DNA from: a virus
Lineage: Duplodnaviria > Caudoviricetes
IMG/VR virus record: IMGVR_UViG_3300016666_000162
Location: 1 to 51,777 of that record
Length of the DNA: 51,777 nt
Direction: 5' to 3' (one strand)
Shown here piece after piece: positions 9,018-17,687 of this stretch. A program made the translations under genes and the position numbers. The notes under the pieces were generated by a model that worked only from the letters and a program-made list of their open reading frames with translations, was not told the origin of the DNA and ran no database searches. Positions within the stretch are counted from its first letter, which is position 1. The number at the start of each line of letters is the position of its first letter.

Positions 9018-9383
9018 TCAGGTAGGCGCTACCGGACGCTTGGCGCTGTCGGGAAAGTCTGGGTTATCAGTAGTCCACTTGCGCAGGGACAGCCAGTACT
9101 TCTGCCACTGCTGAGCGGTGCCTGGGATATCTTCCTCGCCGTATTCGATGGCGGTGACGTTTTGCTGGGCCCTAGGCATTTCCGCCTGCCGCCACGCGCT
9201 TTCCGTGGCCTCTTGCTCTTCAACGCTCGGAACGTGCGGAGGCGGAACGTACTGATAACGGCGCACCACTGTCCCACCGATCTCCTTGGCATACTCGAAG
9301 ATGTCCACGCCCTCGGCAACGGCCGTCACGCTGCCGTCATCGCTAGTAATCAAGTAATCATCCAAAATGCTCACTCCACTCAA
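9018..9383 (-). CDS. Tail fibre assembly chaperone-like protein
   Basis: Follows the fibre gene; C-terminal WQKYWLSLRKW-FPD-RPVAP pattern. Confidence 0.7.
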   Translation of the reverse strand: MSGVSILDDYLITSDDGSVTAVAEGVDIFEYAKEIGGTVVRRYQYVPPPHVPSVEEQEATESAWRQAEMPRAQQNVTAIEYGEEDIPGTAQQWQKYWLSLRKWTTDNPDFPDSAKRPVAPT

Positions 9384-11110
9384 TTCTTAAATAGCAGGAT
9401 TGAGAATCCCGAAAAGTCATAAGCCGCGCTTGCGTTGCCCGTAACAACAGCAAAAGTCGTATCGGTCACTTGTGAAATGGCGATTGACTGGTTGTAAGTT
9501 ATCGATCCGTTAAGGGTTGCCATTGGAATCGCGCCCGGCAGCGCTGTCGATATTGTCAGCGTATACGACCCTGTCCCGTTCCGCGTGATGCTCACGACGC
9601 CATATCCGGCAGCGATTGATGGTGCTGCGCCACCGGTTATTTTTGCAAAAGACTTGGCAATTAAGGGCGACGTCGCATCAAGCTTGCCGGCGATCTGATT
9701 TGACTGTGTTGATACGGTGGTAGCCAGCGCCGTCACGTCCACCGAGCCAGGGTTCGTCGCCTTGCCCGCACCGACGGTGCACCAGATGACGGTTTCGGCG
9801 GATGGGCGGGTTTCTGTGCCGACCCGCGGGGCGCCATTGATGCTGTCCGTTACAGGGCCGCCAGTGTGAGAGGAATAGAGGTTGACGTTACTGGCACCTG
9901 CGACCAGCCCATTGGTTATCGCCGCGTCCGCAGTAAAGCCCGCCTGTCCACCTGCCGAGGCAGCGAGCATCGTGCGGTGCTTCATGCCTTGGACCTGATC
10001 TGCGGCATGCAGCCCGGCAGTGCCGGCAGAATTCTTCCCATCACCACGAAGAAACATCGCGGCAATGGTATTGCCATCGGCGTGCTTGGCGTTGGTATCC
10101 GGCATGCGGAAGGTGGTGGTGCCGTTACCGCTCGAATACTTACCGCGCTGATCGTACGGCGCAGCAAGCCATACCGCGTCGGTCACAGCGCTTGCCAATA
10201 CCAGCGCCCACAGATCCGGCCAGTCCGCGCGATTGAGCAACTGTCCATCGCGGGCAATCCAGCCGGCCGGCAGAGTGCTTCGTGAAACTGGCCAGGGAAC
10301 GATTGAGCCAACTGGCAGAGCCGCACCACCAGCCTCCTTGTACACCCCGCCGGCGGTTAGGAACTTATCCTGGTCGCCAGCTGCGCCGGCCGGCGCTAGA
10401 CCTGCTACCCCTGGCGCAGCAGCGGTAGCACCAGCCATCACAGGGATTCCATTGGCACTTCCCGTGCCGCCCTGTGCTTTGCTGAGCGGAGTTGTGAGAC
10501 CGCCAAGCGAGGTGATATCAGTGTTGGCTCCCTTGTTGGCCTTGCTAGAGGCCAGGTCGGTGATCTGCTTTTGCAGCTTCCCGAAGGCGGCAAGCACCGT
10601 ATCTGTTGCCACGATCACCGCTGGATTCGTCGTTACCAGACCGGTGAGTACGCTGCCGAGCGTGCGGGCCAAGGTCCAATACTTGTTGACCGCGCCCTCC
10701 GGCACCGCGTCAGTAGAGCCGGGCGAGGCCGTGAGCAAAATATACTGTGTGCCGCTCCAGCGGTATTGGCTGTTGGTGTCTTTGGTGATGTAGATCTTGC
10801 CGGTCTCGCCAGTCGCGGGAAGCGTGGCGAAGCTGTCGAACTCAAGCACATCGTCGACGTAGCTCGGCAACTGGCTGGCAGGTACCGTGCCGTTCCCGTC
10901 CAGGCCCGCGACACCATTCGGCTGGCCTTTCTGTGTTCCAGGTATAGCGGCATCGGCAGCAGCTTGCGCGCCATCGGCCGCCGATTGAGCTGCCGCGGTA
11001 CGCTGATCGAGTTCGGCGAAGTTTGCGTTGATGACTTGGCCACCTGAACGCAGATCCTGGCCATTCCCATCGTTCGGCGCGGAGCCGATGTTGAGAGGAA
11101 CAATACTCAT
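9380..11110 (-). CDS. Side tail fibre with gp9/10-like N-terminus and tail-collar domain
   Basis: NIGSAPNDGNGQDLRS-INANFAEL start; PVGSIVPW-PAGWIARDGQ-GNGTTTFRMPD collar motif. Confidence 0.8.
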   Translation of the reverse strand: MSIVPLNIGSAPNDGNGQDLRSGGQVINANFAELDQRTAAAQSAADGAQAAADAAIPGTQKGQPNGVAGLDGNGTVPASQLPSYVDDVLEFDSFATLPATGETGKIYITKDTNSQYRWSGTQYILLTASPGSTDAVPEGAVNKYWTLARTLGSVLTGLVTTNPAVIVATDTVLAAFGKLQKQITDLASSKANKGANTDITSLGGLTTPLSKAQGGTGSANGIPVMAGATAAAPGVAGLAPAGAAGDQDKFLTAGGVYKEAGGAALPVGSIVPWPVSRSTLPAGWIARDGQLLNRADWPDLWALVLASAVTDAVWLAAPYDQRGKYSSGNGTTTFRMPDTNAKHADGNTIAAMFLRGDGKNSAGTAGLHAADQVQGMKHRTMLAASAGGQAGFTADAAITNGLVAGASNVNLYSSHTGGPVTDSINGAPRVGTETRPSAETVIWCTVGAGKATNPGSVDVTALATTVSTQSNQIAGKLDATSPLIAKSFAKITGGAAPSIAAGYGVVSITRNGTGSYTLTISTALPGAIPMATLNGSITYNQSIAISQVTDTTFAVVTGNASAAYDFSGFSILLFKN

Positions 11111-11445
11111 GGGTGAAATGCCTGTTCGAAGGTTGCGGCCAGGGTGTAGACGCTGCCGCCCTTGTTGCTGGACTGATATTCCTTGCACTTAATCAAAAGG
11201 TTTTCTCCGAATGGCTCGGTCCAGTTGAAGGCTGTGGCGCCTTTGTGTCGATTCAGGAAGGCCTTGATCTGAGCGATCTTCGTCTTCTGCCCCGTAAACG
11301 TAAGCGGCCATGACTCAGACCTGTTGTTGATTCCGTCCTCCGCCGTCTGCTCGTAACCGTCGCCGAATTTGGCTGACTTGATACGGAAGCTGGTGGTGCC
11401 GGTTGGCTCCTTATCTGGAGTCCACGTGAAGGTTTCCGTAGCCAT
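11107..11445 (-). CDS. Minor tail protein M (distal tail)
   Basis: ETFTW, KFGDGYEQ and GINN motifs; follows the tape measure gene. Confidence 0.9.
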   Translation of the reverse strand: MATETFTWTPDKEPTGTTSFRIKSAKFGDGYEQTAEDGINNRSESWPLTFTGQKTKIAQIKAFLNRHKGATAFNWTEPFGENLLIKCKEYQSSNKGGSVYTLAATFEQAFHP

Positions 11446-11488
11446 ACGGCTCTCCAAAAAAAAGGAACCCATACCGAATCGGTGGTTG

Positions 11489-14305
11489 TTATCGACCGTT
11501 GATTGCCGCCCAAATTTGACCGCCAGGCCTCAGATCTCGCGCAATCTGCTCCTGAGCGCCCTGTTTCGCTGCCTTGGCGTAAGCCTGCGCCACCGCCTGA
11601 CCCTGCGCCTCGTCGGAAGCCCCGCCGCCCTGCCCATCGGCAACAGTGAAGTTCTGCTGAATAACCACCTCGGTGCTTGAGCCCTGACCACTGCCAACAG
11701 CCATGACACCCAGCTTGCCACCGGCAGTTCGTGTCAAAGGCATGATCGCCTCCTCCCCCGCTTCACCCATGACTCCGGTTTTGCCGTTGGCCATACCGAA
11801 CGCCGTAGGCTTGCTAACGATGGAGTTGGTGAAGGCGCCGCCGTCGGCGAACATCTGTACGCCGCCCGACCAAGCACCGCCTTTGGCTTGAGGAAAATAG
11901 GTCGAGGAGTAACCAGCCTGTGTAGATCCTGCAGAGGTTGCCCCGCCACCGAAGTATGATCCGGCGGCATTGGAAGCAAGGCCGAACAAACTACTCAACG
12001 CCGAAGAACTGGCCTGCCTGGCAGCAATGCGCGCCATGTCAGCGATGATCGACTTGGCGAAGTCGGCAAACGAAAGCTTGCCAGTCAGCGCGAAGTTGAC
12101 AATGGCGTCTTCCATGGAACTGAAGGCGTTGCCGAACAGGCTTTTCGTCTGGCCGGCCACGTCGCGCGTCGACTCAAGGTAGTTCTCCCAGGCTGAAGAC
12201 GCACCAGATGTCCAATCGCCCTGCGCTGAGGTCATATCGTCGTAGTTGGCGACAACCACATTGCGCAGTTCCTGCTGGCTATCCGATACAGCCTTTAGCT
12301 TGGCGTTGTATTCGTCGAGGCTCATACCGCGCGAGCCATCACCGTACTGGTTGGCCAGGTCGATGCGCTGAGAGTTGGCTTTGTCATCAATGCTATTGAA
12401 CTGGCCTTGAAGGGCTTTCTGCCGGTCACCCATGCCAAGACTTGAGGCCTCACGCTGGCCCTGCTGACGCAAGGTTACGGCCTGCTGCTTCAATGCATCG
12501 GTATAGGTCTGGATAGCAAGAGATTGCTTCTTCAGGCGTCCTTGTTCATTGGTTGACAGGACCTCAAGCTCGCTATCTGCGTCCTTCTGCGCCTTGACCA
12601 TGTTGGTGCGGGCGTCAGCGATCTTTTCGTCTAGCTGAATGCGCTGCTCGCCAGTGGTTCCGGCCTTGTCCTTGACAGCTTCCAGGGCAGAGATCTCAGC
12701 CTGATAAGCGCTGGCGACCTCATCACGCTCCGCTCGGATCAAAGCAGTGCGCTGATCAAGGTAGCTCTGTTGCGTGATCAGGCCAGCCTTCTGCTGCGCC
12801 TCAAGCTCCTTGGTGGAGTTTGAATAGGTGGCCTGCAGATCCTTGAGAGCGTTTTGCGCATCGTTGTAGCCGGTGAGGTTGAGCTGATTGGCTTTACCTG
12901 CCGGGTCTTTGTTCTTGTCCTTGATGTTCTGGACGTTCTTGGCGACTACACCTGCCTGGACGAGCGGGTCGTCTGGATTAGCGGCACGAAGTTTCTCAAC
13001 GTCGCGCAGATACTCCTTGACCAGCTTGTTGCGCTTTTCCTCATTGCTGAGGTTGGAGTCGCTGATCGCCTTCAGCTTGATTGACGCATCAATCCCTTCC
13101 TGCTGGACTTGATTGCGATCGCCTATGTACTTGGTACGAGACTTTTCCGCCTCGATCAGCAGCTCAAGATAGGTCAGATCCTTCTTGTCCTGCTCCGTGC
13201 TTCGGGTATCAATACCCATTGCCGCCGCACGGCCACCGCGACCTTGGTTGGACTGTAGGCGCTGACGGATATCAGCCGCTTGCTGCTCCAGGGTTTGGGA
13301 GCGTCCAACATTTAGGGTTGCATCCAGCGCATCAGCGGCAGCAGATTTAATTCCCTTCCAGGCCCTTTCGATCAGCCCCAAGTTTTGGGTGATCTCACCG
13401 GTACGGGTATTGATGGTTGATGCGTAGGTATCAGTGAGAAGCTTGGCGGCGCCGATGGTGTCGCCCTGTTCTTTCAGCGCAACGATCTGCGAGTACACGG
13501 CGGCAGTCAGGAAGTTGTACTGATCGTTCAGCTCCTTCGCCGCAGCGACAGGATCTTTCGCAATCTTCGCAAACTCAGCGACGGTTTCGTCGATGGCCTT
13601 GCCTGTGGCCTTTTCCATTTGGATGGCGGCAGTGGCGATCTCACCAAAACTCTCGCCCGCGATCTGTGTGTTACCGGCAAGCTTCGCCAGCACCTCAGCC
13701 GCTGCGCCAGTTGTGCCGACGGTCGAACTAACCTGAGTTGCCAGGGTTGCAAGCTGGTCAGCGCTGGTACCGGCAGCGTTACCCGTCAGGATCAGGGCAT
13801 TGCTATAGGCGGTGGACTCCTGAGAACCCTTGTAATAGACGAGACCAAGAGCTGCGCCGGCTGCTGCTGCCAGAGTGAATGGATTTACCAGGCCGGCAAC
13901 ATAACCGCCCAGCGCCTTTGCGGCAGGACCAATCCCGCCGAACATATCCTTGAGCTGACCGCCCTGTTGCAGAAGAACAGTAAGCGGGGCCTGCCCACCT
14001 TGCAGGCTGGTAACAATGTCGGTTACCTGGGCCGGAACTCCGCGCAGCGCAGCAGCGGTTTGCTTGGCGGATATGCCGGCAGCCTCAGATTGCTTACCTA
14101 GCTTCGCCGTAGCAGCCTCGGCAGCCTTGGTCTCTGCTGCCATCGCCTTGATAGAGGCGCTGGCCTTTTTGCTCTCGGTGGAAAGGCTTTCCGTGGCCTT
14201 CTCTGCCTTCGCGCCGGCCTGAGCCAGCCCGTCAAGCTCGGATGTGCCTTTGGCAACCTCGCCCGTGTCGATCTTGATCCCAAGGCTGGCGATGTCTTGT
14301 GTCAT
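11489..14305 (-). CDS. Tail tape measure protein
   Basis: 938 aa Ala-rich; QVTDIVTSLQGGQ-LQQGGQLKDMFGG and GEAGEEAIMPL motifs. Confidence 0.95.
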   Translation of the reverse strand: MTQDIASLGIKIDTGEVAKGTSELDGLAQAGAKAEKATESLSTESKKASASIKAMAAETKAAEAATAKLGKQSEAAGISAKQTAAALRGVPAQVTDIVTSLQGGQAPLTVLLQQGGQLKDMFGGIGPAAKALGGYVAGLVNPFTLAAAAGAALGLVYYKGSQESTAYSNALILTGNAAGTSADQLATLATQVSSTVGTTGAAAEVLAKLAGNTQIAGESFGEIATAAIQMEKATGKAIDETVAEFAKIAKDPVAAAKELNDQYNFLTAAVYSQIVALKEQGDTIGAAKLLTDTYASTINTRTGEITQNLGLIERAWKGIKSAAADALDATLNVGRSQTLEQQAADIRQRLQSNQGRGGRAAAMGIDTRSTEQDKKDLTYLELLIEAEKSRTKYIGDRNQVQQEGIDASIKLKAISDSNLSNEEKRNKLVKEYLRDVEKLRAANPDDPLVQAGVVAKNVQNIKDKNKDPAGKANQLNLTGYNDAQNALKDLQATYSNSTKELEAQQKAGLITQQSYLDQRTALIRAERDEVASAYQAEISALEAVKDKAGTTGEQRIQLDEKIADARTNMVKAQKDADSELEVLSTNEQGRLKKQSLAIQTYTDALKQQAVTLRQQGQREASSLGMGDRQKALQGQFNSIDDKANSQRIDLANQYGDGSRGMSLDEYNAKLKAVSDSQQELRNVVVANYDDMTSAQGDWTSGASSAWENYLESTRDVAGQTKSLFGNAFSSMEDAIVNFALTGKLSFADFAKSIIADMARIAARQASSSALSSLFGLASNAAGSYFGGGATSAGSTQAGYSSTYFPQAKGGAWSGGVQMFADGGAFTNSIVSKPTAFGMANGKTGVMGEAGEEAIMPLTRTAGGKLGVMAVGSGQGSSTEVVIQQNFTVADGQGGGASDEAQGQAVAQAYAKAAKQGAQEQIARDLRPGGQIWAAINGR

Positions 14306-14329
14306 GCCACTCTCCTGACAATAAATTCA

Positions 14330-14641
14330 CTACGCCTCGGCCATGACAGCGAGCGCTTCGGCCTCCATTGCTTGAAGGTCAGGAAATAGTTCGGGGATTT
14401 GCCGCTTCTTGATGCCGATGAGGATGGCCACCTCACGAACGACCGAATAATCCAGTCCGGTGGCGCCGCCTGGCCCGGTGCGCCATTGGGTACTGAGCGC
14501 ATTGAAAAGGCGGAAGGCCGGCCAGTTGTCTGGCCAGATCTCCGTATCGCCTTGATCGAGGTCGGCCAGTGTCAGGCCTAGCTTCGCCAGTTCTTCAGCA
14601 TCCGCGCCGCGCTCGTACAGGGCGCGCGCAGCGGCAATCAG
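14330..14641 (-). CDS. Tail assembly chaperone T segment (DUF1799-like), reached by -1 frameshift
   Basis: Open frame LIAAARALYE-WPDNWPAFRLFNALSTQWRTGPGGATGLDY-MAEA* lacking an early ATG; not in the ORF track. Confidence 0.8.
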   Translation of the reverse strand: MIAAARALYERGADAEELAKLGLTLADLDQGDTEIWPDNWPAFRLFNALSTQWRTGPGGATGLDYSVVREVAILIGIKKRQIPELFPDLQAMEAEALAVMAEA

Positions 14642-15021
14642 TTTCCCCGGCGAGCTACCGCATAGGCCGCCTGATAAGCATCAAGAACAGCAGCCGGCGC
14701 ACCGACGCAGGTGGTGACAAGCTCGGTGATCGACTCATCAGTGAAAGCCTCATCGAAGCTCCAGCCAACGACGACATCCTTGATCTGACCAACTTCGAGA
14801 GCAATTTGCCGTTCGGTTGCTTGCTCCCAGGTTGCGCCGTCTTTCATGGCCTCCTTGGCCGCTGCGTCACGCTCCGCATTCCACTTGTCGTAATACTTCG
14901 ACAATTCCTTGCGGTCCCGGTAGCGGAACTCAAACTCAACCTTGATCAGCTCAAAGCCGACACGAGGAATCTCGACTTCGGCCTTGAACGTGGCGTTCTG
15001 GGCAATCTTGAAGCTGGCCAT
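14638..15021 (-). CDS. Tail assembly chaperone G
   Basis: 127 aa between tail tube and tape measure; ends RRGN over a slippery site. Confidence 0.85.
   Translation of the reverse strand: MASFKIAQNATFKAEVEIPRVGFELIKVEFEFRYRDRKELSKYYDKWNAERDAAAKEAMKDGATWEQATERQIALEVGQIKDVVVGWSFDEAFTDESITELVTTCVGAPAAVLDAYQAAYAVARRGN
14641..14647 (-). promoter_or_regulatory. Programmed -1 frameshift heptamer G GGA AAC
   Basis: X XXY YYZ in the correct phase just before the G stop; the -1 frame is open to 14330. Confidence 0.8.
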
Positions 15022-15030
15022 GTGGTTTCC

Positions 15031-15678
15031 TTACGACAGGTAGCGAACAGGAGCGGCCTGCAGGGCCAGGGAGACGGTGCGCGTCAGGATGTTGCTGCGC
15101 GACACGGCCGGCTGCAGCGAGAACGAGGTGTAGGCACCGTAGTAAATCTTGTCGGTGCCTGGCAGGTTCAAGCGCGCGGCTTGCACAGTCTGGGCGGAAT
15201 CGGCAGCGATCACGATTGGCACATAGGCCAGTGTCGGATCGTCCGCAACAGTCAGCACCATGCTCGCGGCGGCCTTGTCGGTTGGGATCTGGCGGCCTTG
15301 AGAATCTTCCAGGAATACAACGTCCTGATAGTTCTGGTCGCCGCCAGAGAACGCCACGTCAGTGATCTGCGGGATCTGTACCCAGGTCAGGATCTTTTTC
15401 AGGCTGCCAACGCCAGAACCGACCGGATAAGTCGTGGTGCTGGTAGTGTCGATCGCTTCCAGGGTGATCGCGGTGGCAGTAGCTGCCTTAACGCGAACGA
15501 CCTTGTTGTTCAGCGCAGTCCAACCGGAAGTGACCAGCACAATGTCGCCGACAACCAGAGTTGCGCCGGTCACTGTGCAGATGGCTTCGGACGCGTTGGA
15601 GATTGCCGAGAACGGCAGCGCTGCGGCGTAAGTGGCGGCATGTTCAAACGTGCCGCCGTTCGGAATCTTGTAGCCCAT
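15031..15678 (-). CDS. Major tail tube protein
   Basis: 215 aa; position and MGYKIPNG/WVQIPQI pattern of siphovirus tail tubes. Confidence 0.85.
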   Translation of the reverse strand: MGYKIPNGGTFEHAATYAAALPFSAISNASEAICTVTGATLVVGDIVLVTSGWTALNNKVVRVKAATATAITLEAIDTTSTTTYPVGSGVGSLKKILTWVQIPQITDVAFSGGDQNYQDVVFLEDSQGRQIPTDKAAASMVLTVADDPTLAYVPIVIAADSAQTVQAARLNLPGTDKIYYGAYTSFSLQPAVSRSNILTRTVSLALQAAPVRYLS

Positions 15679-15749
15679 GGGGGTTTTCCTCTATGCAGAA
15701 ATGACAAAACCCGCTAAATGGCGGGCTCTGGGTTTGCCCAATGGGCGGA

Positions 15750-16175
15750 TTAGGTTGTGGTGTCGGCCCGATACTGGATCGACAGCGGCAGCGTGGTGGT
15801 CGTGTCGCCCTGCTGGGCCGAGCCTGTAGACATCGGCGAGCGGACGTAGACGGTGAAAGTCGTCTTGGTCAGGCCGAGGTTATTCGGGAACAGCGCGGCG
15901 ATCTCATCGGCGATCCCTTCAGCGGCGCCGCGACCGATACCGGCCTTGGTCACAACGCTCATCTGGAAGATGCCACGGTAGGCCGTGTGTTTGCCTTCGA
16001 GGTCTTCGCTGGTCGTGTTGGCCGGCAGCAGGAAGGCGCGCAGGTAGGTCGAACCGTCCGCCGGCGGCGTGAAAGCGACGTCCTCGTAGGCAATCGGCAA
16101 TGCCGGAACCCTGGCGGTCGCCCACGTCTTCAAGCGGCCTTCAAAGAGGCTGCGGATGATCTTGTCTGACATCAT
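15750..16175 (-). CDS. Tail terminator-like protein
   Basis: IAYEDVAFTPP, YLRAFLLPA, YRGIFQMSV; immediately before the tail tube. Confidence 0.75.
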   Translation of the reverse strand: MMSDKIIRSLFEGRLKTWATARVPALPIAYEDVAFTPPADGSTYLRAFLLPANTTSEDLEGKHTAYRGIFQMSVVTKAGIGRGAAEGIADEIAALFPNNLGLTKTTFTVYVRSPMSTGSAQQGDTTTTLPLSIQYRADTTT

Positions 16176-16741
16176 GGGAGCTCCGCGATGGCGTCATTAA
16201 TGTAAGCCTGTGCGTCAAGCACAGATATGCGCGTCATGCCGGCAGGGGCTTGCGTTGAGTGCCCATATTCAAGGGCCAAGCTGTAAACAATATTGTTCAT
16301 CAGCCATATAGTGCTGACTCCGCTTGTGAATCCTTGGATTACAGCCGCGCCAGCAGCTTTTGTGTCGTCGCCAGACTTATCAATGCGATCCAGCACGCCG
16401 GATTTTGGAGTATCAAACGATACCTGCCAATTGCCCCTGAACCTGCCGCCGACATACCCCTTTCCGGCGACAAGATCCATGCTGTCATTGATCTTGATCC
16501 CAGGCTTAAACAGCCCCCTTTTGTTGAGGTTGGCCGGGTCATTCCGCAATTCGGCGTTGAGACGGGCGACTTCATCGTTGTACTGCCTGGCTACTGCGTT
16601 GGCAGCCCAAATTTCTGGTTTCCCTACTGGAGATCGATCAATTACGTCATTCAGCAGATCGATGGCGACCTTCTTGATCACAGTCTCGGCATTGGCATTG
16701 GCCTTCTCGGCAAATGCCTTCAGATCCAGTGCGAAGCTCAT
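16172..16741 (-). CDS. HK97 gp10-like tail completion protein
   Basis: SPV-GRFRGNW and LEYGHSTQAPAGM motifs. Confidence 0.8.
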   Translation of the reverse strand: MSFALDLKAFAEKANANAETVIKKVAIDLLNDVIDRSPVGKPEIWAANAVARQYNDEVARLNAELRNDPANLNKRGLFKPGIKINDSMDLVAGKGYVGGRFRGNWQVSFDTPKSGVLDRIDKSGDDTKAAGAAVIQGFTSGVSTIWLMNNIVYSLALEYGHSTQAPAGMTRISVLDAQAYINDAIAELP

Positions 16742-17127
16742 CTGCGCGCCTGCACACTGAAGCCAACCGCGAGGCCGGCGTAATCCCAAGGGTCAACGTT
16801 CTGGACGGTGTACGTCTCGCCGTCGAACAGGATCTTGTCCTGGCTGATCGGCTGCGGTGTATCGGTGCCGTCAAGCAGAAGCGGCGAGATCAGGATCTTC
16901 ACATCGCCTTGCTTGATGCGCGAGCCGTCTATATCGCTCTGCTTGTAGGTGTCACGGAAGCCCGATCCATCGTATTGCACGGTAGTTGGTGAGGACGATC
17001 CGGTATCCGGGTCGTATTCACCAGGCGTGACACGCACCAAGGATAGCTCTAGGCCGTTTCCACCCTGGCTGCGCGGCGCCAGCATCTCGGCGGCCAGCGC
17101 TTTAGCTTCATCATAGATATCGCTCAT
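16738..17127 (-). CDS. Head-closure / head-tail joining protein
   Basis: 129 aa in the neck cluster; YDPDTG and IDGSRIKQGD. Confidence 0.7.
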   Translation of the reverse strand: MSDIYDEAKALAAEMLAPRSQGGNGLELSLVRVTPGEYDPDTGSSSPTTVQYDGSGFRDTYKQSDIDGSRIKQGDVKILISPLLLDGTDTPQPISQDKILFDGETYTVQNVDPWDYAGLAVGFSVQARR

Positions 17128-17621
17128 CAGCTTCTACTCAGCTTTACCTGGCTCGACGACTCAAGCAAGCCGGAGAACTGGGCGTATGACTGTCGCGTAG
17201 CCGCAGCCTTTGTAACTATGGAGCTGGCAGCAGCGTACTCAAATTCAAGCGGGCCAACCTTTTTCCGGACGGCTGCGCCTTGCTTGGTTGCCGGGTCTTT
17301 CAGGTCGTCGGCATAGATCTCCGTGGCCAATGCCATCTGACCGGCCTTGACCTGCGCCGGAATGGTATTGGACGGCAGCAGCCACTTATTCAGGCATACC
17401 TCATACCGAGGCCAGCACAGCACCTGAGCAGAACTGACAGTGTGCCCCTTCCATGGCTTGGCGTTCATCTCCAGCGCGGCACGCCGGAGTAACGCCTCTT
17501 GCGATGGGGTATCGGCCGGAATCACACGGCCAAAGTTCGCCGCATACGTGACCAGCTCGGCAGCCGTAGCAAAGCTCTCGGCACCTGGAACGATAAGGCC
17601 GTTTTCAATTGTCAGTGACAT
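17127..17621 (-). CDS. Head-tail adaptor (family often labelled DnaT-like)
   Basis: LTIENG-GAESF, QVLCWPR, KKVGPLEFEY; neck position. Confidence 0.7.
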   Translation of the reverse strand: MSLTIENGLIVPGAESFATAAELVTYAANFGRVIPADTPSQEALLRRAALEMNAKPWKGHTVSSAQVLCWPRYEVCLNKWLLPSNTIPAQVKAGQMALATEIYADDLKDPATKQGAAVRKKVGPLEFEYAAASSIVTKAAATRQSYAQFSGLLESSSQVKLSRS

Positions 17622-17687
17622 AGATGCCTCAAACTAACCGAGTCTTTTTGATTACAGACTGTTTTTTATTCGTCACGTTATTCCGAC

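Noticed and set aside
9380-11110. Diversity-generating retroelement or invertible tail-fibre switch
   Set aside because: No reverse transcriptase, invertase, template/variable repeat pair or inverted fibre cassette seen
14302-14502. 66-aa ORF-track call before the tape measure gene
   Set aside because: Wrong frame; the conserved chaperone T sequence is in the 14330-14641 frame
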